A DNA stretch of 64,000 bases from Eledone cirrhosa (GCA_964016885.1 OZ024748.1:45756001-45820000), one strand, 5' to 3'. Positions 46,291-58,741 are shown, counted from the first letter of the stretch. Numbers and translations: made by a program. The notes: generated by a model from the sequence alone, not told the origin.

Positions 46291-49200
46291 ATGGATGTGT
46301 TAAGAGTAGGATGTTTGAATGCACGTGGCCTGGGCTCAACTTGGAAGCAAGCAAAGCTTCTAAATGACCTCAGGTCATGTGGTATAAATGTAATGGTTAT
46401 CTGTGAGACTCGAATCAGCGTCGTGCGGCAGCTGGCCCCCACCTTCGATGACTTTGAGGTGCATGCATCTCTCTGTCAACCTGGAGGTGGGGGTGGGGTT
46501 GTCGTACTGCTGCAAAAACACCTGGGTCTTGCCGTACAGGTTGTGCACTCGGACTCGGAGAGTCGTTTGTTGGTGCTAGACGTTGGCAGTAGTGAAAGTG
46601 CGGCCTTGAGACTGGTCGCCGTCTACTCCCCTTTCGGAGCTGAACGGCCCGACTTCTTCCAGCGTTTGGAGACTTTTCTGGGAACGTCGCGTTCCCTGCT
46701 TCTAGCGGGGGATTGGAATGACATCCTAGATGCACGTTGGGTCAATGCAGGAGCATGTCCTAATAGAGGGGGGTGTAACAGCCTCAAGGGGTTACTCGAC
46801 CGTTTTAACTTGGTCGATAGATATCGACTAGATTTTCCAACTGTGCCTACCTGGACTTGGAGAAACCACAGTGGTCAATCTAGATCGTACTTAGATAGAT
46901 TCTTAGTTAGAAGTAAGGATAGGGACATATTAAGCTGTCCAGAAATGCGCACGGTTGGCTACACGGATCACAAATTAGTAACCTGCGTAGTCAATCTCGA
47001 GAAAACACATAAACAGGGTCCCGGTTACTGGAAACTTAATTTGTCTTTACCGGCAAAAGAGACTTACAGAAACCGGATTAGCAGATTAGTTAAGGAGAGG
47101 TTGACGGGTGCAATCGTCAACAACCGATGGTGGGCATCTCTCAAAAGAGAGATTAGAACAGAATCAATAAGTTATAGCAAGATGTTAGCTGCCGATAGGA
47201 ATAGAAACGAGAAAGAATTAACAGGTAAATTAGAAGAGGCAATCAAGAGCGAAGATGTGGCCAGAGTGCTGGCATCGAGGACGGCCTTGAACCGGTTTTT
47301 CGATGCAAAGCACGAAGGCTGCGTCATTCGAAGTAAAATACGTGCTCTAGGTAATGAGGGGGCCAAAGCCGTTGGCTGGGCCCGCGTGACAGAAGCTAAG
47401 AGTGGAAATCGATCCACCATCCGGTCTTTGCAAGAGGAAGATGGACGGGTGATCCGGGAGCCTAAGCAGATGTGCGAGGCCTTTCAAAGGCACTTTGCCA
47501 GATTGTTCGGGGGAGGCGAGGGTCCGAGCGGGGGCGTGGATTTCGGTCCATACCTCGACGGCCTGCCGCGTCTCTCGAGCGAAGAGGCAGAGTCCTGCGA
47601 GCGACCAATCTCGGCTGATGAGATCGGAGATGCGCTGAGCCAATGCAGCAGACGCAAATCTCCAGGTCTCGATGGTATACCTTACGAACTTTATTTAGCA
47701 ATGCCGGTCTTCTTCTCCAAACTCCTCGAAGCGGTCTACTGCAATTGGCAGCAGAACGGGAGAATTCCTTGTTCTGTAGCCAAGGGCGTAGTCACGCTGG
47801 TGAGGAAGGACGAGAACAAGGGAGATAGTATAAATAATTTTCGGCCCATAACCCTACTAAACACAGAGTTAAAGATTTTGGCCAAGGTGTTAGCAAAGAG
47901 GTTGGCGCTTGTCGTGGGTGGCCTGGTGGAAGATGCGCAGACATGTGCTATCCCATCCAGGTCCATTCACGATAACCTCCACCTCATGCGATACATCATA
48001 GAGAGGGTTGGCAACAAACCCGGCTTCGGTGGGGCCCTGATCAACTTGGATCAGTCTAAGGCCTTCGATAGGGTCGACCATGGTTACCTGGATGCGGTGC
48101 TAGCGGCGGCTGGGTTCGGTCCTGTTTTCAGAGGCTGGATCACTGCCTTACATAGCAACCACATCTGTTCTAGGATCAAGGTGAACGGCTACCTTTCGAA
48201 GCCGTTCGAAATCACAGGATCCATTCGACAGGGGTGCCCTCTCTCCTCCCTTCTGTACGTATTGACTCTCGAGCCTTTACTGAGGAAGTTGGAGTTGTTG
48301 CAGGGTATCCCCCTGGAACCAGGATTGAGCAAAGTTGTGTCGGCCTACGCCGATGACGTAACAGTAATGGTATCGACCGACTCGGAGATCGAGGCGATCG
48401 GTACCTTACTGGAGGAGTACGAAAGGTTGTCAGGAGCGAAACTGAACCGGGAAAAATCCATCGGTCTGCAACTCGGAACGTGGAGAGGCAGACCGATGCC
48501 TCCTGACGGTGTCGTCGGACACTGGACGGAGGGCCCGGTAAAGTTGCTTGGGGTCTGGTTTGGACCGGACCTCCAGGTGGAAAAGAACTGTAACGAGGTT
48601 ACGAACAATGTGTTTGCACTAACCCAGAAATGGGCCAAGTGTAAGCTGTCCCTAAAAGGCCGGGCGGAGGTGGCGAACATTTACATAGCGTCCGTCACTT
48701 ACTACCGCCTGACTGTCGTGCCTTGCCTTAAGGAAACACTCACCACCATGGAACGCATGCTCTTCCAATTTCTTTGGAAGAAGCGCCCTCCTATGGTGAG
48801 AAGATCCATCTGCTGCCAACAACCTTCGAAAGGAGGGCTGGGGATGCCGTGGTTGATGATGCGTAGGCACGCATTAAGGCTACGGCACCTACAGGTATTC
48901 CTCACTGGTCAACCGGTGTGGGCTCCGTTCGTGAAACGAGCCTTTTCGAGACTCGTCTCGCTCACCGAGCTACAGTCCTGGGTCAAGCAAAGATCCGGAA
49001 AACTGGGAGACTGGCACACTGAGTGTGCTCAGGCGCTCAGGGCTCTCTGGCAAGCGGGCCAAGCCATCGGTGGAGAATCCACCTCATCATTCTATAGAGG
49101 GCTGGTGGCTAGCAGGGGCGATGACACCCTTGGAGAGTCGCTGGACATGGAAGAAGACGAACTGGCCAGCCTGATCGGTAGGACTTTCGGCCCAGGACCA

Positions 49201-49728
49201 ATGGACAACTTCCAGAAGTCACTGGCCTAGCAGTACTACCGGGGGGCTCTACCCGTTCGAGAGAGGCTCTACAGAAACGGGCGCCCGGGCAGGGATCCCT
49301 CAAAAAATATTTGCCCTAGATGAGTGCGTCACGAAGAAACCGTTGCGCACGCATTGGTGCAATGTCCGGGCGTGGCTGATCTGTGGGGCTACGCTGAACG
49401 ACTGCTGTCGCGGGTGGCGCCGATTAAATTGACCGCCGAGTCCGTGATGACAATCAAACCTCCTCCCCTCTTCACAAAGGAAGCAAAGGCGGTTTTTCTG
49501 TGCATAATAGCCATGTTGAAAGAGGTTGTTTGGAGGATACGATTTAAAGGTCTGAGGTCAGGCAACTTCCTCTCTGGCCATAGTCTGGTCTACTTCTTCC
49601 GATATCACTTCGGAAGAAGGATAAGAATGGAGAGAGAGGTGCTTGGCCACAGGCAGTTTTATGAAAGGTGGGTGATAGTGGCGAGAATGGCTCGTGTAAA
49701 TGGGCCTTCTCTGTATACCATCCTGTAG
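46291..49728 (+). CDS. LINE ORF2: APE endonuclease + reverse transcriptase + C-terminal Cys/His domain; two nonsense mutations (49228-49230, 49321-49323)
   Basis: LNARGL, GDWN, SYLDRF, TDHKLV; KSPGLDG, FRPITLLN, LDQSKAFDRV, RQGCPLS, YADDV; CPR*..EETVAHALVQCP. Confidence 0.95.
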
Positions 49729-49959
49729 ATAAAGAAGTAAAGGAGAGGGGAGCACCTTCTCCATGTGCTCCCCGGGCAAAGGATTGCACACTTTTTCGGG
49801 GGTGTGTGCAACCCCCATCACGTCCCCTCCCTTTTGAGGTTATTTTCGATTATTTTCATGTTACACCCTTTTTACTCGATTATATGTAAACTCCCCCTTT
49901 GTTTTTAGCATCCCTTCTTTTTATGCCTTTATGGTAAATAAAGAAACCTCTCTCTCTCA

Positions 49960-50058
<99 letters not shown>

Positions 50059-50399
50059 GATATATTATTACTATATACATATATTGTATATAAACTTTCT
50101 CACCAAATAGACCGTAGCGAAACAGACATCGCAAGTCATAGAACTGCGTACATTAGTCTCTCTCTATATATATAATACAAGGCTGTCGACACTTTTGAAG
50201 TGTTATCTTTTCTTCTTTGTCACACAAGCTATAATATCATTAATGACTACACGACAATATACACACTGACACACACACACATAACATATACATGCACATA
50301 TACATACAGACACACACCTTCACACGTGCACATACTCTCTCACCCACGCACTCTGTCCATTTTACATGAATATACATTCACTCACGTACACACACACGT

Positions 50400-50446
<47 letters not shown>

Positions 50447-50453
50447 CATACAC

Positions 50454-50504
<51 letters not shown>

Positions 50505-50599
50505 CATACACATTTATATATATATATATATATATATATAGTAGAATAATCGAGAATCGGAATATCAGCCCATGAAATCACGATAAACAATATCCGACA

Positions 50600-50885
50600 T
50601 GTGTGGCAGAGAGCTCAATAATTTGGATAAAACAGAGCTATAACTATCGTTAAAATACCAACACACAGAGATCATGCCTAAAATCACCCGTGCAGCCGAA
50701 AGAGAACGACCAGGAAGATTCGGGTCACTCAAATAAAATATCAATAAATTAATAAATTAAATGAATGTAAAAAACTCACCCGGACCCGCTAGAAGGATGT
50801 TAAATCTAGCTTCTTGGGTTTCTGCAATTCCTTAATCCAATCACTATCAACCCACATAAAAGATATATAAGACTTCTAGAGAAGA
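50600..50885 (+). pseudogene. possible highly decayed Penelope-like RT fragment
   Basis: RPGRFGSLK, LASWV and LSTHIKDI*DF occur in the order of PLE RT motifs PGRFYGLPKIHK ... LPSYIKDT.DFL. Frames are broken. Confidence 0.4.
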
Positions 50886-51271
50886 GACGAACGAGGAAAG
50901 GCTTCATCAACGAGTATTTCGTCCAATAATATAGTGGGGACCCAAAGCCAAAAACACACATGGTATTCAGCAAGGGAAGGAACCCGTATATTAGCGAAAG
51001 AATTCGGTGATGTGTAAATTATGTAAGAATACAAATTATCACATATCGAATCAGAGTGCTCAACAGACGTGTTAAAATAAACAAGAGCTATTCATCAGTC
51101 AATCATTAACAGAGAACGCTTTTAGCGATACTCCGACCAACTCCCATCTCACCCAACAAACATTAGGATATACCTGAGTATAATCCCAATTATACGTTTG
51201 GGGTGCTAACTATATTGTATTTCGTGGATAGTTGGCTGTATTTTTTTATATTAGACATAATTAAATAAAAT

Positions 51272-51313
<42 letters not shown>

Positions 51314-51351
51314 ATTAAATAAATGGAAAACTATATTTATAAAACCATATT

Positions 51352-51417
51352 TATTTCATTATATATATTTCGGGGATATCATATTAACAATATGCTATGC
51401 CTTCATCAGACAAAATA
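51352..51417 (-). ncRNA. type I hammerhead ribozyme
   Basis: Mirror of 51543-51608. Confidence 0.75.
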
Positions 51418-51542
51418 CAATATAAACAGTTTTATAGATAAATATATTCGACATACCGTAATAAACATCAACTTCATTTGAAATGAAGTTGATGTTTATT
51501 ACGGTATGTCGAATATATTTATCTATAAAACTGTTTATATTG

Positions 51543-51608
51543 TATTTTGTCTGATGAAGGCATAGCATATTGTTAATATGATATCCCCGAAATATATATA
51601 ATGAAATA
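51543..51608 (+). ncRNA. type I hammerhead ribozyme
   Basis: tattttgt CTGATGA aggcatagcatatt gtt aatatgatatcccc GAAA tatata TA atgaaata. Confidence 0.75.
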
Positions 51609-51736
51609 AATATGGTTTTATAAATATAGTTTTCCATTTATTTAATATTGTAAATATACTCCAAGTATTTGTCGAGTGCTTTTATATCAGTTATAAATAT
51701 TTACTAGTTGTAACCCAACAATTTTAAATATAACTT

Positions 51737-51800
<64 letters not shown>

Positions 51801-51984
51801 TATACACGCAGATATACGATACATATACACGTCTCGTGTTCAATCGGGGGTAACCGCAGTTAGTAAGGTACTCAATGCATTAGTAGAGTGTAAGCATTAT
51901 GATTAATAGATAAATGGCTTCTACAGAATTAGAACTGTTTAATTCAAATGAAATCATTAGGAACGTTTAGTATACCTAATATAT

Positions 51985-52170
51985 AATTGTTTCTACTTTT
52001 TGGCACAAGGGCAGCAATTATCCCAGTGTATTACTGGTACTTTATTTTATCGACCCCGTAAGGTTGAAAGGCAAAGTTAACCTCGGCGGGATTTGAACTC
52101 AGAATGGCAAGGGCCGTAACTCTATGCTGCAAAGCATGGCGTCCGACCCTCTACCGATACTGCCAATCCA
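51985..52170 (-). mobile_element. OK-like SINE
   Basis: Consensus match. Confidence 0.85.
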
Positions 52171-52191
52171 CTAATGATATATACATAGAGG

Positions 52192-52262
<71 letters not shown>

Positions 52263-52603
52263 ATACACACAGGCTGAGACACGTACACACTCAAACATTC
52301 TCCTACACACAGGTTGAGAGACACACACACACACACACAGACACTCACACACTATAAGAACCCACGCATTATGGCTACATTATAAACACACCACGCATTC
52401 ACACATACACACAATCTCTCACGCACACACACTCATACATACTGGCTGGGACACACACACATGAACATACACACTCATAGATACAGGCTGAGACATACAC
52501 ACACTCACACACACTCATACATGGAGGCTGATACACACACACTCTCATACATACAGGCTGATACACACGCACTCACACACACTTACACACACACAGAGGC
52601 TGA

Positions 52604-52636
<33 letters not shown>

Positions 52637-52784
52637 GTACACACATAATCTCATACACTCACGCTCGTACAAACACACACACTCACATACATATACACAC
52701 ATACGCATACAGGCTCACACACCCCCACTCACACTCGCATCAGCACACACATATATACACTATAATAACATGTAATCTCGCTAC

Positions 52785-53382
52785 ATTCCATGCTTTGCAG
52801 CATAGAGTTACGGCCCTTGCCATTCTGAGTTCAAATCCCGCCAAGGTTAACTTTGCCTTTCATCCTTACGGGGTCGATCAAATAAAGTACCAGTAATGTA
52901 CTGGGTATTTGCTGGCCTTGTGCCAATAGTAGAAACAATTAATAACACACCACGATGGGTTGGAAGGGCGGTGGATTGGCAGTATCGTTAGAGGGTCGGT
53001 CGCCATGCTTAACAGCATAGAGTTACGGCCCTTTACGGTCTAAGTTCAAATCCTGCCGAGATTAACTTTGCCTTTCATCCTTACAGGGTCGATAAAATAA
53101 AGTACCAGTAATATACTGGATAATTGCTGGCCTTGTGCCAAAAGAAGAAACAATTAAGAACACACCACACCTAGACTATTTATTTCGTTCAGTATTTTAT
53201 CGGTGAATTGGCAGTAATGGTAGAAAGGTCGGACATGCTTTCCAGCGTAGTTACGTCCCTTTACGATCTGAGTTCAAATCCCGCCGAGGTTAACTTTGCC
53301 TTTCATCCTTACGGGGGTCAATAAAATAAAGTACCAGTAATGTACTGGGTAATTGCTGGCCTTGTGCCAAAAGCAGAAACAA
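52785..53382 (+). mobile_element. three tandem OK-like SINEs (52785-52940, 52968-53155, 53205-53382)
   Basis: gagttcaaatcccgccgaggttaactttgcctttcatccttacgggg-type core present three times. Confidence 0.85.
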
Positions 53383-53447
53383 GTGTTTTATGTAGAAATT
53401 CACGCCAAGTCAACATTTGACTTTCATCCTTTCGATGCCGATAAAAT

Positions 53448-53768
53448 AAAGTTGCACGTAAAATACTTTATATTATCGAATATAAAGTTGCAAGTAACAT
53501 ACTTTATATCATCGAATATAAAGTTGCAAGTAACATACTTTATATCATCGAATATAAAGTTGCAAGTAAAATACTTTATATTATCGAATATAAAGTTGCA
53601 AGTAAAATACTTTATATTATCGAATATAAAGTTGCTCGTAAAATACTTTATATTATCGAATATTAAGTAGCAAGTAAAATACTTTATATTATCGAATATT
53701 AAGTAGCAAGTAAAATACTTTATATTATCGAATATTAAGTAGCAAGTAAAATACTTTATATTATCGAA
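53448..53768. repeat. 36-bp tandem repeat (about 9 units)
   Basis: aaagttgcaagtaaaatactttatattatcgaatat. Confidence 0.95.
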
Positions 53769-53879
53769 TTCCCGCCACCCCACAAATTGTTGGTCTTGAA
53801 CCCCAATTATAAACGATGATTATGGAATTGGCACACACATACACACACGCACACACACGCGCACACGCGCGCGCATACA

Positions 53880-54132
53880 CACACACTCTCTCAAACTGAG
53901 AAACACCTGATGCATACACGCACACTGTCAAACTGAGAGACATAACGGACACACACACACACTGTCAAACTGAGAGACATCAGAGACACACACACACACT
54001 GTTAAACTGAGAGACATCAGAGACACACACACACACACTGTCAAACTGAGAGACATCAGAGACACACACACTGTTAAACTGAGAGACATCAGAGACACAC
54101 ACACACACACTGTCAAACTTAGAGACATCACA
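53880..54132. repeat. about 30-36-bp tandem repeat with a variable (CA)n
   Basis: ctgtcaaactgagagacatcagaga(ca)n. Confidence 0.85.
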
Positions 54133-54540
54133 CACACACACACACACATACACAATAAAAATAAAAATAACTACGTGTAAATGAAACTTCATAGCTTCTG
54201 ACATATTTCATACTGTCCATCAATGTCAAAAGCTATTGTGGTTTCATGTGACTTGGGACGTTAGGAGGTTACATAAATAACAACACCAGCTGGAATGAGG
54301 TGCGTCAATCAAAAAATTGACGTAGTTGAAGCGTGATCAATCTACACCATGTCTCCTCAAATATACATAAAGACATGATACTTCATGACTAAATTGACGC
54401 GAAGGTCACAACAGGAAATGTCGGTTAGTTTGCCAGTAACATTGCTACAAAATGATTCCTTTCAAGAGTCCTGCAAATAGGAGAAATGCTATGACAAAAG
54501 TGGCTAGAGAAGAGAATCTGGGAATGTATTTGATATATGA

Positions 54541-54688
54541 GTTTGAAATGACCCAAGGGACTACCACAATGTTTAGAGATTGAAATGACCCAAGGGTCTA
54601 CCACAATGTTTAGAGTTTGAAATGACCCAAGGGTCTACCACAATGTTTAGAGTTTGAAATGACCCAAGGGTCTACCACAATGTTTAGA
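54541..54688. repeat. 37-bp tandem repeat (4 units)
   Basis: gtttgaaatgacccaagggtctaccacaatgtttaga. Confidence 0.95.
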
Positions 54689-54724
54689 ATCACCAAGCAA
54701 AGAAGCTCACTCCATCAATATCAA

Positions 54725-54908
54725 TAATTGTTTCTACTTTTTGGCACAAGGCTAGCAATTATCCCAGTGTATTACTGGTACTTTATTTTATCGACCCCGT
54801 AATGATGAAAGGCAAAGTTAACTTCGGCGGGATTTGAACTCAGTCCGTAAAGGGATGTAACTGTGCTGCAAAGCATGGCGTCCGATCCTCTACCGATACT
54901 GCCAATCC
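54725..54908 (-). mobile_element. OK-like SINE
   Basis: Consensus match. Confidence 0.85.
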
Positions 54909-55184
54909 ATCAATATCAATAATATTCGGAAACAAAACATTCAACAATAACTAATCCCGAAACAGGTACAAATTTGGAAAACAATGTGGAAACTAAATAG
55001 AGAGAAAGTAATACATGAAAGAAAAATAGAATTTTAGTGCATACATAGGAATTGACAATGTCCGTTACAAGTATGGAAATACACTCTTGACAGGTGCAAT
55101 GTGTCCGAACACGGAAGAGTCGAACTCCCACCGTCATCGTCCCCATCTCTCTCACCCTCCCCATCTCTCTGTATAGTGAGCAAA

Positions 55185-55435
55185 TGGCGCCCCACGTGCT
55201 GGCCTCCCGACAGCCCCGGTGAACAGAATGGAAAAGGCGCTTCCCCGGAGAATGGTAAGGGAAACACGCTGGAAGTGACATTCCATCTCGCGAGGCTCAC
55301 ACCTGCGACTGGCCAGCTCAGCGCCTATGGTGGTGAATAGGGAGGTAGCCCCAGAGCCAAGGACACCTGAAGTCTCCACTGCCAAGGGCACGACCACAAA
55401 TCTGTCGGAGAGCGACCGGTACTTGGTGAAGGCAA
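55185..55435 (-). pseudogene. 3' end of CRE-like non-LTR element
   Basis: VPLAVETSGVLG...FQRVSLTILRGSAFSIL. A third tiny fragment lies at about 61413-61460. Confidence 0.65.
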
Positions 55436-56025
55436 TAAATCAAAGGTTTACGAAGGTGGGCGGAAAGGTTCATAGACTGACTGTGAAGCAGTGAGGCTAG
55501 AGCTGTGAAATTTTGCATACATTAACTTCAATTCTTTATATTAAGAACCGCATTGTTTCTTTGCAGGGATTGTTGAAAACTAAACCGAATTTGGTCTGAT
55601 GAAATGGATCTCCGTTGACGTCAACGACAAGTGTTTCAATTATTCGATATATGGAAGAATTTGCTCATGAAATAACATTTTAAATATATGACTGAGCAAT
55701 TAACAGACACGTGTACTCTTAACTGAATTCTCGAAAAGATTCAGTTTGACGAAATATGTGACAAAGCTGATGTTTTGAATAACGGATACAACCTATACGA
55801 GTGGGCTTTCAAACAGATTCCTACCACCAAATTTTAATCACAAGGAAATGATGAACCGGAGATTATGGTCAACCAGGAAGCGACGCAGTCGGCTGTAACC
55901 TGAGACCAAACGATTGCAAAGCGAACTTGTAAATCATTCGCCCATCTCATGTCCAAGAAAATATCTTTCATGTGAATATAAAAGTATAAAAGATCATTAG
56001 GGGGTATAAGTTGTCCGTTCAAAAA

Positions 56026-56466
56026 TAATTGTTTCTACTTTAGGCACAAGGCCAGCAATAACCCAGTGCATTACTGGTACTTTATTTTATCGACCCTGTA
56101 AGGCTGAAAGGCAAAGTCAACCTCGGCGGGATTTGAACTCAGATCGTAAAGGGACGTAACTATGCTGGAAAGCATGGCGTCCGACCCTCTACCGATACTG
56201 AATGTTAACTTAACGTCTTCTTCACTGATGTTCACATGAACAGCCTTCATCATCATTATAACCATTATAACTATTATTATTATCATTTGGCAGTATTGGG
56301 AGAGGGTCGGACGCCATGCTTTGGCGTATAGAGTTACGGCCCTTGCCATTCTGAGTTCAAATCCCGCTGAGGTTAACTTTGTCTTTCATCCTCACGGGGT
56401 CGATAAAATAAAGTACCAGTAATACACTGGGTAATTGCTGGCTTTGTGCCTAACGTAGAAACAATT
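56026..56466. mobile_element. divergent pair of OK-like SINEs (56026-56200 -, 56287-56466 +)
   Basis: Consensus match on both strands. Confidence 0.85.
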
Positions 56467-56678
56467 ATTATCATTATTAGTGTTATTATTATCATCTTCA
56501 CCATCAGCAACAATTTACCACTACAATTATCGCCATAATCGTCACGACTACCAGCATCAACACCACTACATACATATACACACATATATCCATATATAGA
56601 AAAACACACATATATATATATATATACATATGTATGTATGAGTGTATGTGCATATATATTTACACAAAACCTTCATAT

Positions 56679-56745
<67 letters not shown>

Positions 56746-57099
56746 CAATATCGGAGAAAGCTTTTTAGCGATACTCCGGCCAAATTCCAACTCACTCAAC
56801 AAACATTAGGAAATAAGTGATTATATTCCCAATTATATATATATATATATATGTATACATATATAATGTTCAAAATTAGATATTAAGTATCGGTGGAATA
56901 GCGGAAATTAACGAGCGACAAGGTAAACATAAAATGTCCTTCCATAGTTGTAAGGAATAACGTATTAAGGAAAGTTCTTAGGGACATAAAAACGGTCTTT
57001 TCCTTTAAAACCATCGTTAAATCGAACTAAAATGTTCCAAGGAAAACTCTATAAGAAAGACTCAATTCCATTGTACAGAGAATCTACAGTAGTGGCCAA

Positions 57100-57960
57100 A
57101 ATATTTAGGAGTAATACACGGTAGGATATCACATATGTAGCTCAGTATGGTAAAATAGTTTAATTTATGGGAGTAATACATTGTAGGATATCACATAGCT
57201 CAATGAGGTAAAAGAGTTTAATATCTGGGGGAGATATATTGTAGGATATCACATATGTAGCTCAGTGAGGTAAAAGAGTTTAATATCTGGGGGTGATATA
57301 TTGTAGGATATCATATATGTAGCTCAATGAGGTAAAAGAGTTTAATATCTGCGGGTGATATATTGTAGGATATCACATATGTAGCTCAGTGAGGTAAAAG
57401 AGTTTAATATCTGGGAGTGATATATTGTAGGATATCACATATGTAGCTCAGTGAGGTAAAAGAGTTTAATATCTGGGAGTGATATACTGTAGGATGTCAC
57501 TCCCAGATATTAAACTCTTTCATGTGATATACTGTAGGATATCACATATGTAGTACTGGGAGGTGGTAGAGTTTAATGTCTTGGAGTAATACACGTTTGG
57601 TTATCATATGTAATACAATGAGATAAAAGCGTGTAATATCTATGAAAAATATACGGTAGGATATCACATATATAGCAGAGGGGGTGGTAGAGTTTAATAT
57701 CCAGAAGTGATATATTGTAGTTATCACATATATAGCAGAGGTAGGTGGTATATATTAATATCTAGGATAAATATACTGTAGTTATCACATATATAGCAGC
57801 GGTAGGTGGTATAACTTAATATCTACGATAAATATACTGTAGTTATCACATATATAGCAGCGGTAGGTGGTATACCTTAATATGTAGGAGTGATATATTG
57901 TAATTATCACATATATAACAGAGGGAGGTAACATACCTTAATATCTAGGAGTGATATATT
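57100..57960. repeat. about 61-bp minisatellite (about 14 diverging units)
   Basis: gtgatatattgtaggatatcacatatgtagctcagtgaggtaaaagagtttaatatctggga. Confidence 0.9.
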
Positions 57961-58317
57961 GAGATGCCTTGAGAGCGTGTCTGTAGATAATTAAAAATAA
58001 AAATAAATAGATTTCTACTTTTCTTTAACCTTGAACATCTTCGAGTCGTTTGTTTTCTTTAGTATTGATTGAAATTATTCAATATAGCAAGGTGCGACTA
58101 ATGACATACCTAACATAGCAGGCAAGCAAACACCAAGCTAATAAGAAATTATCTAAATATCATACATTTTTTTAAATACTAAAAGGGATTTACCTTTATT
58201 CAACTTTCCTATGCTTCACTCAATCTCTTTTAGCTTAGCTCATTATCTGGGCTGCCTTATCAAATTTTAACCCGTTCTGCATGACTGAGAGCACGTACAC
58301 ATACCGCTAACATGGAT

Positions 58318-58348
<31 letters not shown>

Positions 58349-58394
58349 ACACACAAACACACACACGCAGACATATATATATATATATATATAT

Positions 58395-58570
58395 AGTAAA
58401 ATGGTTGACCCCGACGGCAGAGCTCAAGCCGTTTCGACGGCTATTTCTGGACCAGAAATAGCCGTCGAAACGGCTTGACCTCTGCCGTCGGCGTCAAACA
58501 TTTTCCTATTACCCACTCTACTACCCTAAGTATTGAGTACTCTGATGCGTTATGGTCCATCTGGTTCCTT
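58395..58570 (+). mobile_element. family B fold-back element
   Basis: Hairpin 58395-58508 (centre ctggaccag) plus tail. Confidence 0.7.
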
Positions 58571-58645
58571 CGGGAATAACGACAGTAAGTAAGGTACTCA
58601 ATGCATAACAGAGTATATATATATCTAATATATATGTAGCCATTT

Positions 58646-58697
58646 GGCTTCTACAGGACCAGAACTGTTTCATTCGGGAGAAATCACCAGGAAGCCC
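58646..58697 (-). ncRNA. hammerhead fold (A6G in this arm; CTGACGA in the mirror arm)
   Basis: ggcttc CTGGTGA tttc tccc gaat GAAA cag ttctggtc ctg TA gaagcc. Part of fold-back 58575-58745; decayed relative at 51850-51965. Confidence 0.55.
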
Positions 58698-58741
58698 TGA
58701 CGATTTCTCCCGAATGAAACATTTCTAGTCCAGTACAAGCC

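Larger units (their letters stand above)
44140..49926 (+). mobile_element. near full-length L1/Tx1-type non-LTR retrotransposon
   Basis: 5' UTR, ORF1, ORF2 and a 3' UTR ending aataaagaaacc. (TCTA)n upstream, (TC)n downstream. The 5' boundary is approximate. Confidence 0.9.
51308..51740 (+). mobile_element. fold-back element with two hammerheads and 3' tail
   Basis: Near-perfect palindrome 51308-51652, centre about 51480. Tail tactcc...tcgagtgctt. Confidence 0.8.

Noticed and set aside
53448-54688. 36- and 37-bp repeats of CRISPR-like length
   Set aside because: Direct tandem units with no unique spacers, no cas genes, and a eukaryotic context.
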